DNA of 64,000 nucleotides, taken from the NCBI GenBank assembly GCA_918797485.1, contig CAKKNE010000001.1, positions 1 to 64,000 of the forward strand. The letters run 5' to 3'. Shown here in pieces: positions 22,203 to 33,156 of this stretch. The position numbers and the translations under genes were made by a program. Within the stretch, counting starts at the first letter, position 1. Every line of letters begins with the position of its first letter. The notes under the pieces are model-generated. The model saw only the letters and a list, made by a program, of their open reading frames with translations. It did not search any database and was not told where the DNA came from. The stretch is from Pelagomonas calceolata (lineage: Eukaryota).

Positions 22203-23811
22203 ATGGCCACCGGCACGCACGCCGCGCGCGGCGAGCTCGCTTTGTTAGGAGCTTTGAGTATAGCCTTCGCCACGCTCACGCTCCGAGAAGCGAGCCCGCA
22301 CGACGCCTTCGAAGTGATATCGAGGTTATTTTGGCGGTCGGCGTCAGCACGCCCTCCCATCCTCTTGGTGGTCATACTCGTAGGATGGGCGGGCGTCGTG
22401 CACTGCGGCCAAGTAGCCGGGTTAAGGCTCTCGAGAGCTTTGGGCGAGGGCGTGTTATCACCAAGAATCATTCTGCGGAGCGCTTTGGGTTTATTGGATG
22501 TGATACTGCTCTGTCGGCTGGTACCCTTCGTGGCCCAAGTGGTCTTCGAGACGGAGCACTTCGGGCGGTGGTGTTTGTTCTTCGATCTAGTGGCGTACGC
22601 CGCATGCATCCTACTCCTAGCGGCGCCACCCTCTGCTTGTTGTGGTAGTGATGAAGCGGGTTATTCCAGTGAAAGGTGTAAGGCCCACCAGCGCTACGAC
22701 CACGGCTGGCTGTTGCAGACGGCCCACGGTCGAAGTTCATTGCTGAGAACTCTGATAGAATCTTTATGCGCGCCGTTCGCGCCCGTGACGTTCTGGCACG
22801 TCATCGTGGCCGACTATGTGCGGACTCGGCGTCCCGCGGTGCTGCGGTGCCTTCACGCCATCGACGCGCGTCGTCGCCATCTCCTGATGAAGTGGGTGGT
22901 CTCCTTTTCGATTTTGAGCCGATTCGGACCACGTCGGGGCTGCGCGGCGTGTCAGAGAGAGAGAGAGAGCGTCTTCGTGAGACCACGCCGCCGCGACGCC
23001 GTCGATGCGGCGGTCTCGTGACATGATCTCGACACAGGCCACGAGCATGGCCAAGGCACTCGGTGACGTCCACGTCACGGGTTGTGTCGCGTGGTACGCC
23101 GGTATTTCACCGGCCTACTCCCACCTCACAACAGATACGCACGGCGTCTTCTGGGAGGAGACCAGAGGGGCTTGCGTCACGTCCGAATTAAACGCGTGGG
23201 CGCTGGCCTTGCCCTTCTGGTGTCGTTTATTTCAATGCCTATCGGTACTACGACGTACGGGCGAGCCCAAGAACTTCTGGAACGCCGTGAAATACGCGAC
23301 GGCGTTTCCTCTCGTCTATGCGGGGTACCTGGACCGACTCGCGCCGACCGATCAAACTCGTAGATTAGTAGTGTTGACGGCCTGTGTGCAATCCTCCGCA
23401 ACCTTCGCCTGGGACCTGTGCATGGACTGGGGCCTCTTCAAGAAGCGGCGAGGGGGATTACTCTGTGGCATCTTCGAGGTCGACCAGATGAGGGAGCCGA
23501 AATCACTCGTTTTTTCGAAACGTAGCGATATGTTTATATATGCTGCTTATGCCGGTCTGGTGCTCTTCAACTTCAGTCTGAGGTTTGCCTGGGCTTTGGC
23601 GGTGTTCGGTCACGTGTCGACGCGCGGCATGGGCATGTTGTCGTTTGAAATTGCGGAATTGGCGAGGAGGACGGTCTGGGCGTTGTTTCGCATCGAGTGG
23701 GAGTATCATGAAAAAGGATGGCCCCTCGATACCGACTCAGATAACGAGGAGACGGAACAGCTCGTGGAGATGGTCGAGAAGGGCGGGGCGCGGAGCGCTT
23801 CTGAAGATTGA
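22203..23811 (+). CDS. EXS-family (ERD1/XPR1/SYG1) membrane protein; intron 22818-23037
   Basis: Spliced VTFWHVIVADY|ATSMAK; LPFWCRLFQCL; NAVKY; WDLCMDWGL; LRFAW; ELARRTVWALFRIEWE. Confidence 0.9.
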
Positions 23812-23873
23812 GTAAAAAGTATAAACGGTGTGAGTGAGCCGCGGCGACGGCGTCCATGCGACCGACTCTTTTT

Positions 23874-25877
23874 GGCTAAGGCTAAGGCTAGTTACGTCGC
23901 AGGGTTCCCCGTACCCCTCCCGCTCCCCCCGGGCCCACCCGTCCGGCTGGACTAGGCGACGTCGTCCGGGTCCAGGTCGACCTTCGTCGCCCCACACATG
24001 GCGCACGCCAGGAAGCCCGCCTCGGCCTCTACGTGCCGGTAGGTGCACGCGGGGCAGGTCCACGAGTTTTCGCCCTCGGCCGCGGCGTCGTTCGCTGGCG
24101 ATTGCGGCGGCGGCGCGGCGGCGGGCGGCGCGGCCGGCGACGCGGGCGGGGCGACCGGCGAAGAAGGCGCCGGCGCCGGCGCCGCGCCGGCCTCGCGGTC
24201 TTCCATCGCGTCGATTAGCGCCAAAGTACCGGGCGACGCCGGCGGCGCCTCGTCCAAGTTGCGCATCCCCGCTATGGCTGCGACGGCGCCCGGCGACGCG
24301 GGCGGCGCGGCCGCGACGCGGGGCTTCTTCTGCGTTACGAACGGCTCCATGCCGCTTGGCTTTTTAGGTGCCCGCGGCGGCGGCACCGGCGGCGGCTTCT
24401 GCTTCTGCATATACCGATCCATGCCCTTGGGCGCCGGCGCCGGCGCCGCCGCGGACGGCGGCGGCGAGGGGGCGCGGCTGCCTCGCGCGAGGAACCGGTC
24501 CATAGCGCCCTGCGGCTCCCGCGCCTCGAAACAGCCGTCGCGGTGCCAGACGCGACACGCACGCGCCGCATTGACCGCGTTCTTGGCGATGGTCCACGCG
24601 TGAGCTTGGCTGAGGCACGGAAACTCGCGCAGGAGGTCCGCCTCGACCGTGTCGGCCGACGCGAGTGGCCCAAGCGGCTCGAAAGGGCGGCACGTCGCTG
24701 CGCCCCGCAGGGCCGCGTCCCAGGACCGGTTCTCCTCGGCAATGTAGTCTAGCGTCGCCTGTACCCCGTTGCGCGGCAGGCACAGTAACACGTCTTCGAA
24801 CCATCGGATGAGATCATCTCCTCTCAATGACGTCGCCAGGGAAACCGGCCGGCGTTCTAGGAGGGCGGGCGCAATCGGCATGAGCTCCACCAGTTTGGCG
24901 CGCAACCACTCGACGGACCTCAATTTGGCGACACGCACGAGGACGTCCATGATGTCGCGGCGCCAGTCTCGGTGCGAGCGAAGCCGTTGGAGCTTGAGCG
25001 CAAGATTTCCGAGCTTCATGGCCGCGTGTAGATGCTTGTTCGTGGCGCCGATGGAGTCCATGCCTGCTATCACGTCGAAGATGCCTGGGTTTTCGGCGTC
25101 GTACCGATTGAGTTCGGGCAGCACTAATATTTGAGTAAAGAACAGGACGTCGCCCGTGAGCGAGAGGCGCCGGTCATCAGGGTCCACAATGCGCACCCCC
25201 ATGATGCTGACCTGATTCTTGATTGTGTCGTTTAATACAGCGTCGACGCCCTTCCGACCACTACCACCTATGTCTTTGGCCTGAAACGCCATGCCCTCGT
25301 TTGCCAACCTATCGAAATCGACCACATCTCCTGAGTCGCCCAAACCCCGTGCCAATGGGTTGCCGTACACTCCAAGCAAGTTCAATTTGTAGAGCGCGGC
25401 GGCCACCGCCTCGCCGTGCGCGCCATCATAGCTCTCGCAGAGCACGTAGTTCCACTTTTTGCATAATCGGAAAAAGATCTCTTGAGCCCGCATGAGTTCT
25501 CCATCCCAGCCCCAGGAGCGCTCGGCGCCCTCGCCGCACGCAATGACCTGCGCGCCACTTAAGTGCCGTCGCCTGATCTCGCCGAGCGCTGCGACGCAGT
25601 AGGCAGCTTTGATCTTGTCGTCGTCGTACGGGGGCTTGCCGAAGAGCGTTTTCAAGGTGTCTGCGTCCTTCGTGTGGTTGAAGACTTCCGCAGCGAGGTC
25701 AAAGAACAGTATCAGGCCGCCGACAAACCTTCGCCGCCCGCCGACTTCCTAGTGGGCGGAGCCCCTGGGGGGGAGACACCGCGCGTCGCCGATTCATCGG
25801 CGGCGGGCGCGGGCCGCTTCTTTCATAACAGCGTACCTCCTTCTAAGCAGAACCGCCTCGGCAAACCCCCCCGAACA
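23874..25877 (-). mobile_element. Copy A: CRE-like retroelement 3' end with a 1.8-kb cargo ORF inserted
   Basis: 25749-25877 matches 48394-48522 (2 substitutions). 23874-23921 matches the terminal module at 48551-48597 and ends in (TTAGCC)n. Confidence 0.85.
23952..25748 (-). CDS. Cargo ORF (598 codons, no ATG at its 5' end) with a C-terminal RanBP2-type zinc finger
   Basis: The frame is open from the TAG at 25749-25751 to the TAG at 23952. The C-terminus has WTCPACTY..AGFLACAMCG. Confidence 0.7.
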   Translation of the reverse strand, partial: EVGGRRRFVGGLILFFDLAAEVFNHTKDADTLKTLFGKPPYDDDKIKAAYCVAALGEIRRRHLSGAQVIACGEGAERSWGWDGELMRAQEIFFRLCKKWNYVLCESYDGAHGEAVAAALYKLNLLGVYGNPLARGLGDSGDVVDFDRLANEGMAFQAKDIGGSGRKGVDAVLNDTIKNQVSIMGVRIVDPDDRRLSLTGDVLFFTQILVLPELNRYDAENPGIFDVIAGMDSIGATNKHLHAAMKLGNLALKLQRLRSHRDWRRDIMDVLVRVAKLRSVEWLRAKLVELMPIAPALLERRPVSLATSLRGDDLIRWFEDVLLCLPRNGVQATLDYIAEENRSWDAALRGAATCRPFEPLGPLASADTVEADLLREFPCLSQAHAWTIAKNAVNAARACRVWHRDGCFEAREPQGAMDRFLARGSRAPSPPPSAAAPAPAPKGMDRYMQKQKPPPVPPPRAPKKPSGMEPFVTQKKPRVAAAPPASPGAVAAIAGMRNLDEAPPASPGTLALIDAMEDREAGAAPAPAPSSPVAPPASPAAPPAAAPPPQSPANDAAAEGENSWTCPACTYRHVEAEAGFLACAMCGATKVDLDPDDVA

Positions 25878-25903
25878 TAGCTAGTCAGTAATGCGTGTAC
25901 TTG

Positions 25904-25926
25904 GCTAGTGTCTTACAGGACGCTAG
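25904..25926 (+). promoter_or_regulatory. Conserved 24-bp upstream palindrome, copy 3 (adjacent to the 5' end of copy A)
   Basis: GCTAGTGTCTTACAGGACGCTAG. Confidence 0.7.
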
Positions 25927-26127
25927 ACTCCAGGCTCTCGGTCACTTTGTTTTTTGGCCTGTACGCACGGTTTCACGCTAGGAAATTACCCACAGTTCTC
26001 GCAGCCTCTCACTTGAGTCGGCTCCAGCCTCTGTTAAGTTGGCGTGCGCTTAAAGGACCCTCAGGCCGAGGGACACAATATCTCTGCAGCACGCGCTGTT
26101 CACTGGAGACGCGTCACGCACACAAAA

Positions 26128-26923
26128 ATGGCCACGAAGAACCCCTTAGGCACGGCCCTCATCGACGACCTCCCGCCCGAAGAGGTCCCGTCGGGGAACA
26201 GCGGCTACGCGCCGCCGCCCGTCTCCTACGCGCCGCCACCGAGAAGAAACTTCATACAAGCCTTCCTCCAGCAGCACATTATCGTGCTCTACCTCATGTC
26301 CTTCGTGGGCTTTGTCATCGCCTGCTCGGCGATGTCGAAGGTTAATGGTATAGCAGCCAATAGAAACGGCAACGGGCCGAAGCCGGGCCCGGACGGCCGG
26401 GGCAAGGGCGGCGGCGGCGGCAAGCAGAGCCACTGGCTGGACCGGTGCCAGTACATGGGCGAAGCTTTATATGGCGATCCCGTCTATGAATACAACGGCC
26501 ACCACTACCAGATCGTGGGCGGCAACTGGGCGCAGATCACGTGGCGCCAGGCCGAGATGGATGCTTGGGGGAGATGCTATGGCGGTGTCCCAGGGTACCT
26601 CGCCACGGTCGACGACGCGGCCGAGAACGCGTTTCTGCTCGGGAAGATGCTGGCCCACCAGGGCTTCGGCGTCGGGCAACGCCCGGCTGGATCGGGGCCA
26701 ACGACATGACGAACGAGGGGACCTTCGAGTGGCTGGACGGTTTTAAGGGCGGCAGCGTCTTCTATCGAGATGGGCAGCCGGTCGCTGGCGCTTACAGCAA
26801 CTTTTGGAAGGAGAACCGGACGAGAACGGCGAGAGGACGCGTCGGACGTACGCGACGGGCCAGTGGAACGACGACAGTTGCTACAAGCGGCGCCAGTTCT
26901 TCTTCGTCGAGTACGACGCGTGA
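26128..26923 (+). CDS. Type II membrane C-type lectin domain protein (frameshifted)
   Basis: TM segment; YNGHHYQ..TWRQAE..C..GYLATVDDAAEN; WIGAND..EGTFEW; WNDDSC..FFVEY across frames. Confidence 0.8.
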
Positions 26924-27050
26924 TCGTTCTTCCCTTCCCTGTATCCTGATGATGATTAAGTACGCCTCCCTTGTAGATTTCGTGGGGCTGGACGTCTGAT
27001 CGATGGCGTGAGGGGCTGCACATCAGGCGTTCCGAGTTTGCTTGCTAGTG

Positions 27051-28665
27051 ATTATTCACCGTCCGTGTGGTCGTCCGCCTAGATCATTTCTTCATCCCGT
27101 CGATGTTACGGTGCTAGTACTAGTGGGCGGAGCCCCTGGGGGGGAGACACCGCGCGTCGCCGATTCATCGGCGATCATTTCTTCACGCAGGGAGGAAATA
27201 ATACCTAGCGTGTCGACATACTAGCAAATTCAAAGATACGCTTCGATAGCGTCAAAAGAATGACCCAAATTCAGAATATATCCTGGTCGTTCGCCGCGAC
27301 CAAATATTTCAGAGTAGCGGCCCGGGAACATACCCTCGCGCCTCCCGGAAGGCACCGCCCGCGACATTCGCGGATGAGTCTTACGGCTCGCCAAAGTAGA
27401 CCCGCGCTTGACGCCGCCATCCACCGTCCAGATAGTACATTATATCAACTCCAGCCCAGTTTTCATACAAGTTCGACGGAACCGGAGCCGACGGCGCGCG
27501 CTCGGAGGGCGGGAAAAGAATTCTACTGGACAACTCTCGCGTTTATGTTCGTTTCCTTCCGTTTGTTGGTGGTAGAGTCCATTTCGGCCGAATCAGTGAC
27601 TACTGAGCTATTTTAGATTACCCGTTAGAGCCGCGCGAAACAGCGACTCCACGACCCCAGGTTTATGTGTAGAGGGGCTCAAGACCTAGACCCGCGAGTA
27701 TCAGCGACGCCACCATCCAGATGGATCATAACGCCGTCGTTCTATCCACAATCGACTGACTTGCCCGTTCTCCGCGGACGACGGTGCGGAGACGGAGCAC
27801 CGGAAAGGCCCCAGACGGGTGGTTTATAAAGTAAATTTGCGTTTCAGGCGCTTTAGTTGTGGGACGGGCCAGATAACTGGCCTGAGCGTGTACTACATTG
27901 CTCGAGACCCCACGATGCTCCGCGCGGCTCGGCCAACTCGCGAGCCCACGATCTTGCTTTAAACGGGCAAATTACTTGGACCTGGGCCCATCAGCCCGTG
28001 TACCATCACCATGGACCATGACGCGATCATTTGTTTCATGATCGACGGACTTACGCGAGGTCCAGATAAAGATGTTCACGTCCCGAGCGTGGGCAGCCAA
28101 AAGTACCCTTCTTATAATGTAGATGTCATATACTTGTAATTGACTATCGCTGGGGTAGTATGGGGTCCAACGAGACCGCTACGGCGACTACTGGGGGCCC
28201 TCGGGTAATTGACGTTTTTGACGGGAACGGGGCGCCATCGGGTCCAAATTATTTACTTTTTGTGGATGTAGATCGGCTCGCGGACTCCCTCCGGGATAGG
28301 TCTGGGGTCGGGTAGTCGCCTACGCCGCATGCGCCCGTGCTTGGAGCTCCCCAGAGAGCTCTGGATCGAAATCTTTGGCAAATCATGGCCAATACATCAG
28401 TAGCGCAAAGGACCATGGGAGATGTATCTCACTCTGGAAGCGGCGGCGTAGGCGGCGTAGGCGATTGCACATGTCTAGTAGCGACCCAAAATGGCTTCCG
28501 GGAGACCTCAGGACCACGAATTGACAGGATTCCACCTACGCGCCCGCCATGGCGGGGTCGTCAATATCGCGAATTAAAAAAATTCCTTTTTTGGCCCCCA
28601 GGAAGTGTCCCATTGATCTCTTTGGACCATTAGCGAACTGAACGGTACTCAAACGGCTGCATGCC
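27051..28665. mobile_element. 1.6-kb non-coding insertion with a 24-bp target-site duplication
   Basis: GCGTTCCGAGTTTG(G)CTTGCTAGTG at 27027-27050 and 28666-28690. The interior has lower GC and no convincing ORF. Confidence 0.8.
27095..27172 (-). mobile_element. Copy C: 78-bp mini-element (CRE-like 3' UTR) with a 13-bp TSD
   Basis: Matches about 48470-48543 in reverse; flanked by GATCATTTCTTCA at 27082-27094 and 27173-27185. Confidence 0.85.
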
Positions 28666-28683
28666 GCGTTCCGAGTTTGGCTT

Positions 28684-28708
28684 GCTAGTGTCTCTACAGG
28701 CCGCTAGC
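28684..28708 (+). promoter_or_regulatory. Conserved upstream palindrome, copy 4 (its first 7 bp are duplicated in the TSD)
   Basis: GCTAGTGTCTCTACAGGCCGCTAGC. Confidence 0.7.
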
Positions 28709-28875
28709 TTCACCTTTGCGGACGAGACTCGGCGCAGCGGTCGAAATAGCGCGTGGCAGCCTCGTCACGCTTTGCTTTTAGAGCGCTGCGACTGCTGCTT
28801 CAAAAGAATTGAGCGCTGCGCCTTGTGCGCTACGAAACAAGCCACTGCAGAACTTGTGCTGCAGCAGCTGAGACC

Positions 28876-30273
28876 ATGCTCCGCCGCGCCGCCGCCGCGA
28901 CCGCGCGCGGCATCCGTCAAGCGTCGACGCCGCCGCAGCGCACAGATGCGATCGTCGTCGGAGCGGGCCTCGTCGGCGTCAGCACCGCGTCGCGCCTCGC
29001 CGACGCCGGCCTGCGAGTCCTCTGCGTCACGCGGCACCCGCCGTGCTCCTACACGTCGGCCGTCTCGACGGAATGCTACCGCGACTTCTGGCCGAGCCGC
29101 GAGATGGCGGAGTTAATGTCGCGGTCCATCGACCTGATGGAAGCGACGCGCGCAAGCAGGGATCGGCCTGACGCGGCGCGGCTACGCCTACTGCGCGCGG
29201 CAGCCGGAAACGCTCGCGAAGGCCGTGGCCGAGTGCGAGGACCTCGGTGGAGTGAGGCACCACGCGACGCTCGCCGCGTATGAGCCGTCGCCGGCGGGGT
29301 TTTAAACCTGGACGCCGTCGACGCGCTGCCCGCGGGCTTCGACGTGCTCCACGGAGATGCGGCAAGGCAAGCCTTCCCAGCTTTGGCGGAGGACGTCGTG
29401 GGCGTCGTGCACGCGCGGCGCGCGGGCTGGGTCGACTCGGGCCGCTACGCCGCCGAGCTCGTCGCTCGGGCGAAGGCGGTGGGCGTCACGTTTGTGGCGG
29501 GGTGCGTCGACGGCGTCGAGTGCGAAGGCGGCGCCGTCGCGGGCGTCCGGGTCGACGGGCGCCCCGTCGCGACGTCGACGCTGGTGAACTGCGCGGGGCC
29601 CTACCTGACGCATATACATGGGATGGTCTCGGCGCCGGAGCTGCCGGTTGCAAACGAGGTCCACGCGAAGTGCATCTTCAGAGATGCGTTGCGGACCGTG
29701 CCTCGGAACGCGCCCATGCTCATCTCCCTCGACTCTACGAGAATTATGGACGACGACGGGCTCGAGGACGCCTTCGGCGCTGCAACAGCGGCGAAGCTCA
29801 CGGGACTGGCGCCCGCGGGTGTCCACCTCCGCCCCTGGGGCGACGAACATATTCTGTTGCTGTGGGATTACTGGCATGCCGATTGTGACGTCGAGGAGCC
29901 GCCCGTCGATGTGCCAAGCTTCGACGCGGACCTCTACCCGGAAGTTTGCTTAAGAGGGCTCGCGGGCTTCATACCAGGGTTGCGGGCGTACGTCGACGGC
30001 GAGAGCGAGCGACCACTGATCGACGGCGGCTATTATACCCAGACGCCCGAGAACCGACCGCTGATCGGGCCCGGCGGCGTCCCGGGGTATTACGTGAATG
30101 GGGCCTTTGCTGGGTTTGGGTTGATGGCTGCTGAGGCCGCCGGTGAGCTCTGCGCGGCGCACGTTTTGGGGAACACGCTGCCTTCTTATGCCTCGGCGTT
30201 CGTCCCCTCGCGGTACGCGGACCCGGCCTACCCGCTCGAGGAGTTGGTGTCTCGCGGGGGCGGGTCGATATAG
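28876..30273 (+). CDS. FAD-dependent oxidoreductase (DAO/sarcosine-oxidase-like) with a mitochondrial-type presequence; frameshifted
   Basis: DAIVVGAGLVG Rossmann motif, LVNCAGPY, GGYYTQTPENRPLIG and GFGLMAA. Confidence 0.85.
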
Positions 30274-30514
30274 AAGTGGTGTTGTTGTTGCGTGTAAGTT
30301 TGTGGATAGTTTTGGCGGAGTCGTCTGGCCTGAGAAGAGGAGGTTGCTTGGAGAGCGCATTTTCATGAAAGCTTGAGAGCGAGTTCAGCTTAGCCCAGAA
30401 CAACTTGCACCGGTCACACCGACGCGAAAGGTTCGGAAGTAGTCACTAGTCACAAGTCTCCTAAACAGCCAACACATCAGCTCGCACAGTGAAACCGCTC
30501 TGTGAAAAACTACA

Positions 30515-33107
30515 ATGAACAGCTTGGACTCGTGGCTCGCCGCAACCATAGGCAACCCGGCCCGGCGCGCCGCCGTCCGCGCCTGCGTCGATTCACTCGA
30601 CGACTTCCGGGCGGTCGAGCTCGTCGACCTCGAAGAAACGATCGGCCTCGCGCGGTGGCCCGTGATCTCGCGGCGCCGCTTCGTCGAGGCCTGGAAGCGG
30701 CTGTGCGCCGAGCGCGCGCCGGTCGTCGCCGCGGCGACGACGACGTCGCGCGACGCCTCGACGCAGACGGACGCGTCGCCGCCGGCGGCCGCGGCGCCGG
30801 CCGCGCCGCAGCCGCCGGCCGCGACGCCGAGTGTCGGGGCGCCCAAGCAGCGCGGCCCGTCGCTTGGCCCGCGCGACGAGCTCGGCCGCTTCCCGTGCCC
30901 GGCCGGCTGCCCGCGGACCTTTGCTCACGCGCCGGCGGCGGTGCAGCACGGCAAGGCGTGCGCGGGCGGGACCCGGCCCCCGAGCATCGGGACAAGTCTA
31001 AAGCGCGTCCCTCGCGCCGACTTCGAAGCGTGGCTGGCCGACCGCAAGACGCGCTGGCGCGCGGCGCGAGGCTACGTGCCGCCGCCGCCGCCGCCGCCGC
31101 CGCGGTCCGTCCCCAAATGCCGCGCGCGGCCGCGGCCCCAGCGCGTGTTCGTCCCCGGCGATCGCGTCATATCGCGCGCGAACGCGAGCCTGGGCACGGT
31201 CATCACAGCTCGCGAGGGAGGCCTCCCGCGGGGCGACGGGGTCGTCGTGAGGCTCGACGGCCCCGAAGGCCTCGTGGTGATCTTCCCACCCGACGTCGGC
31301 GGCGACCGGCTCGTCGGGCCCATTGGCCGCGTGGCGATGGCCGGCGCGCCTCCGGCGCCGGCCGCCGCTCCACTGACCGATGCCGGCCGCGTGACGCCGC
31401 CGCCGTCAAGGAAATTGCCCGAAGGGCCGCTGCCGCCGAAGAAGCGGCGCAAGCACCAGCCCGTTGAACCGCGGCCGCACCTCGGCTCGATCACCAACGC
31501 GGCGCATAGCCACGGCGCTGGACGAGGGCACGGTCTCTCACATCCTCTCCTACTTGCGGACACTTGGCGCGGCGCCGGGCCGCGTGTACACACTCACCAC
31601 GTCGGTTTCGCCGACGCCGCAGGACACGCTGTCGTTGAAAGCGGTGCTCGCGCCGTTCCGCTCGCGGGTAATTAAGTGCCCGAGCGCCGCGCACCCATCG
31701 CTGGAAGCAGCCGTCGCCGCGGCGCGGGATCGCGACGTGGTGCTTTTGACCGAGTCCGTGCAACTGGAAGCGCCGATTACCGCGCCGCTTTTCAACCTGA
31801 TCATCGCCGCGGCGACACGGCGCCGCTACGGCGCCGCTAAGAAGGACGAACGCGAGACGATTTGCCAGCCCGGGCAGCAGTACCATCTCGAAGACGTGAC
31901 GGGGCCGCCATATACACAAGTTTCGCCGCGCGGCGAGGTCTTGAACATCCGCATCAACGATCGACACGATGATACGCCCCAGCCTCAAGCGGTCTTCTTC
32001 CGGGTTAGGACGACGACTCTCTTGGCGCTTGCATTCAATGATTTCGCGAGAAGGAAGGGTGTGGATGCGGCGTCAGTCGAGTTCCGCTTTGATGGTGAGA
32101 GGATCCGAGGCGACCAAACTGTGGCGGACGCCGGCCTGGCAGACAGAGGCGCAGATAAACGCCACGTGGACAGATAACGAGGTCATGGTCACCGTCAATG
32201 CGGGGCGCCTTCCCAAGGAAAGTGGAGGGCACAGCGCCGTGCCCTTGCCCGCGATCACAGCCTCGGGTTCGGCCGTGAAGCTCTCGCTGTACGGCATCGC
32301 GTGGGTCGGTCACCGCGGCGGTGTTGTAAACACGCCCCGGAACTCGCCGCAGACGACGGGAATGGTCTGCAAGTCCACGATGAGCACCTCAATCCGTGGT
32401 GTTTGCGGGCGTTCACGCGTTAGACGGTGCGACCGACCGTGTACGTAGAGAATTGCTGGTTCGCGGACCAGACCGTGGCGCTGAAAGTTACTGATGGCGC
32501 CTGGCTCGCTGCGGTTGACGTGACCTTCAATAGGAGCGTCTACGGTGTTTTGGTGGAGGGCGGCGGCACTGCTAGAACCGACGTTGGTGGTGAATTATTT
32601 CGCAAGGGCGGCGGCACCGTTTGTGGCGTTATCAACTGCCTGTTCAACGGCGACCACTACCATGCAATTCAAGTGACGGACGGCGCGCGCGCCGAAGTGC
32701 GCTGGTGCCACATGGATAACTGCCTCATCGCCGGCATGGGGGTCGATGGCCCCCACACTTTTCTGGCGGTCGACATAGAAAAAGGGCCCTCGAGGACGAC
32801 ATATATGTCGCGCGCGCGAACCGTTGCCGAGGGCGGCGAATATTGGCCCATGCGCTTCGCGCTTCGTCAAGGCGGCACGATCAGAGGCCTCGCCAGGGAA
32901 GCTCTCAAATACGGGTGGATGACCAATGCACATACGACCGCAGAGCCGGACAGCGATTCGTCGTTCGAGGACCGCTTGAGGGCCCTCGCGGCCGACGAAA
33001 CATTCAAGGTCCATTGCCCGGAGGACGGCGAGTTCGGCTGCATGTTTCGCAAGGGGCCCGAGCACGAGAAGACGGACCGCTACGGGAAGAAGTTCTACTG
33101 GGGCTGA
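30515..33107 (+). CDS. Multi-domain protein: small Cys/His finger, SUMO-like domain and right-handed beta-helix; several frameshifts
   Basis: CPAGCPRTF..HGKAC; VFFRVRTTT..AFNDFARRKGVD..FRFDGERI..QTVADAGL (SUMO-like); beta-helix-like repeats in 32427-33107. Confidence 0.55.
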
Positions 33108-33156
33108 TCGTCCCGGCCCGTGCTACCTAGTAAGACTATTTATAACACAAATATCA

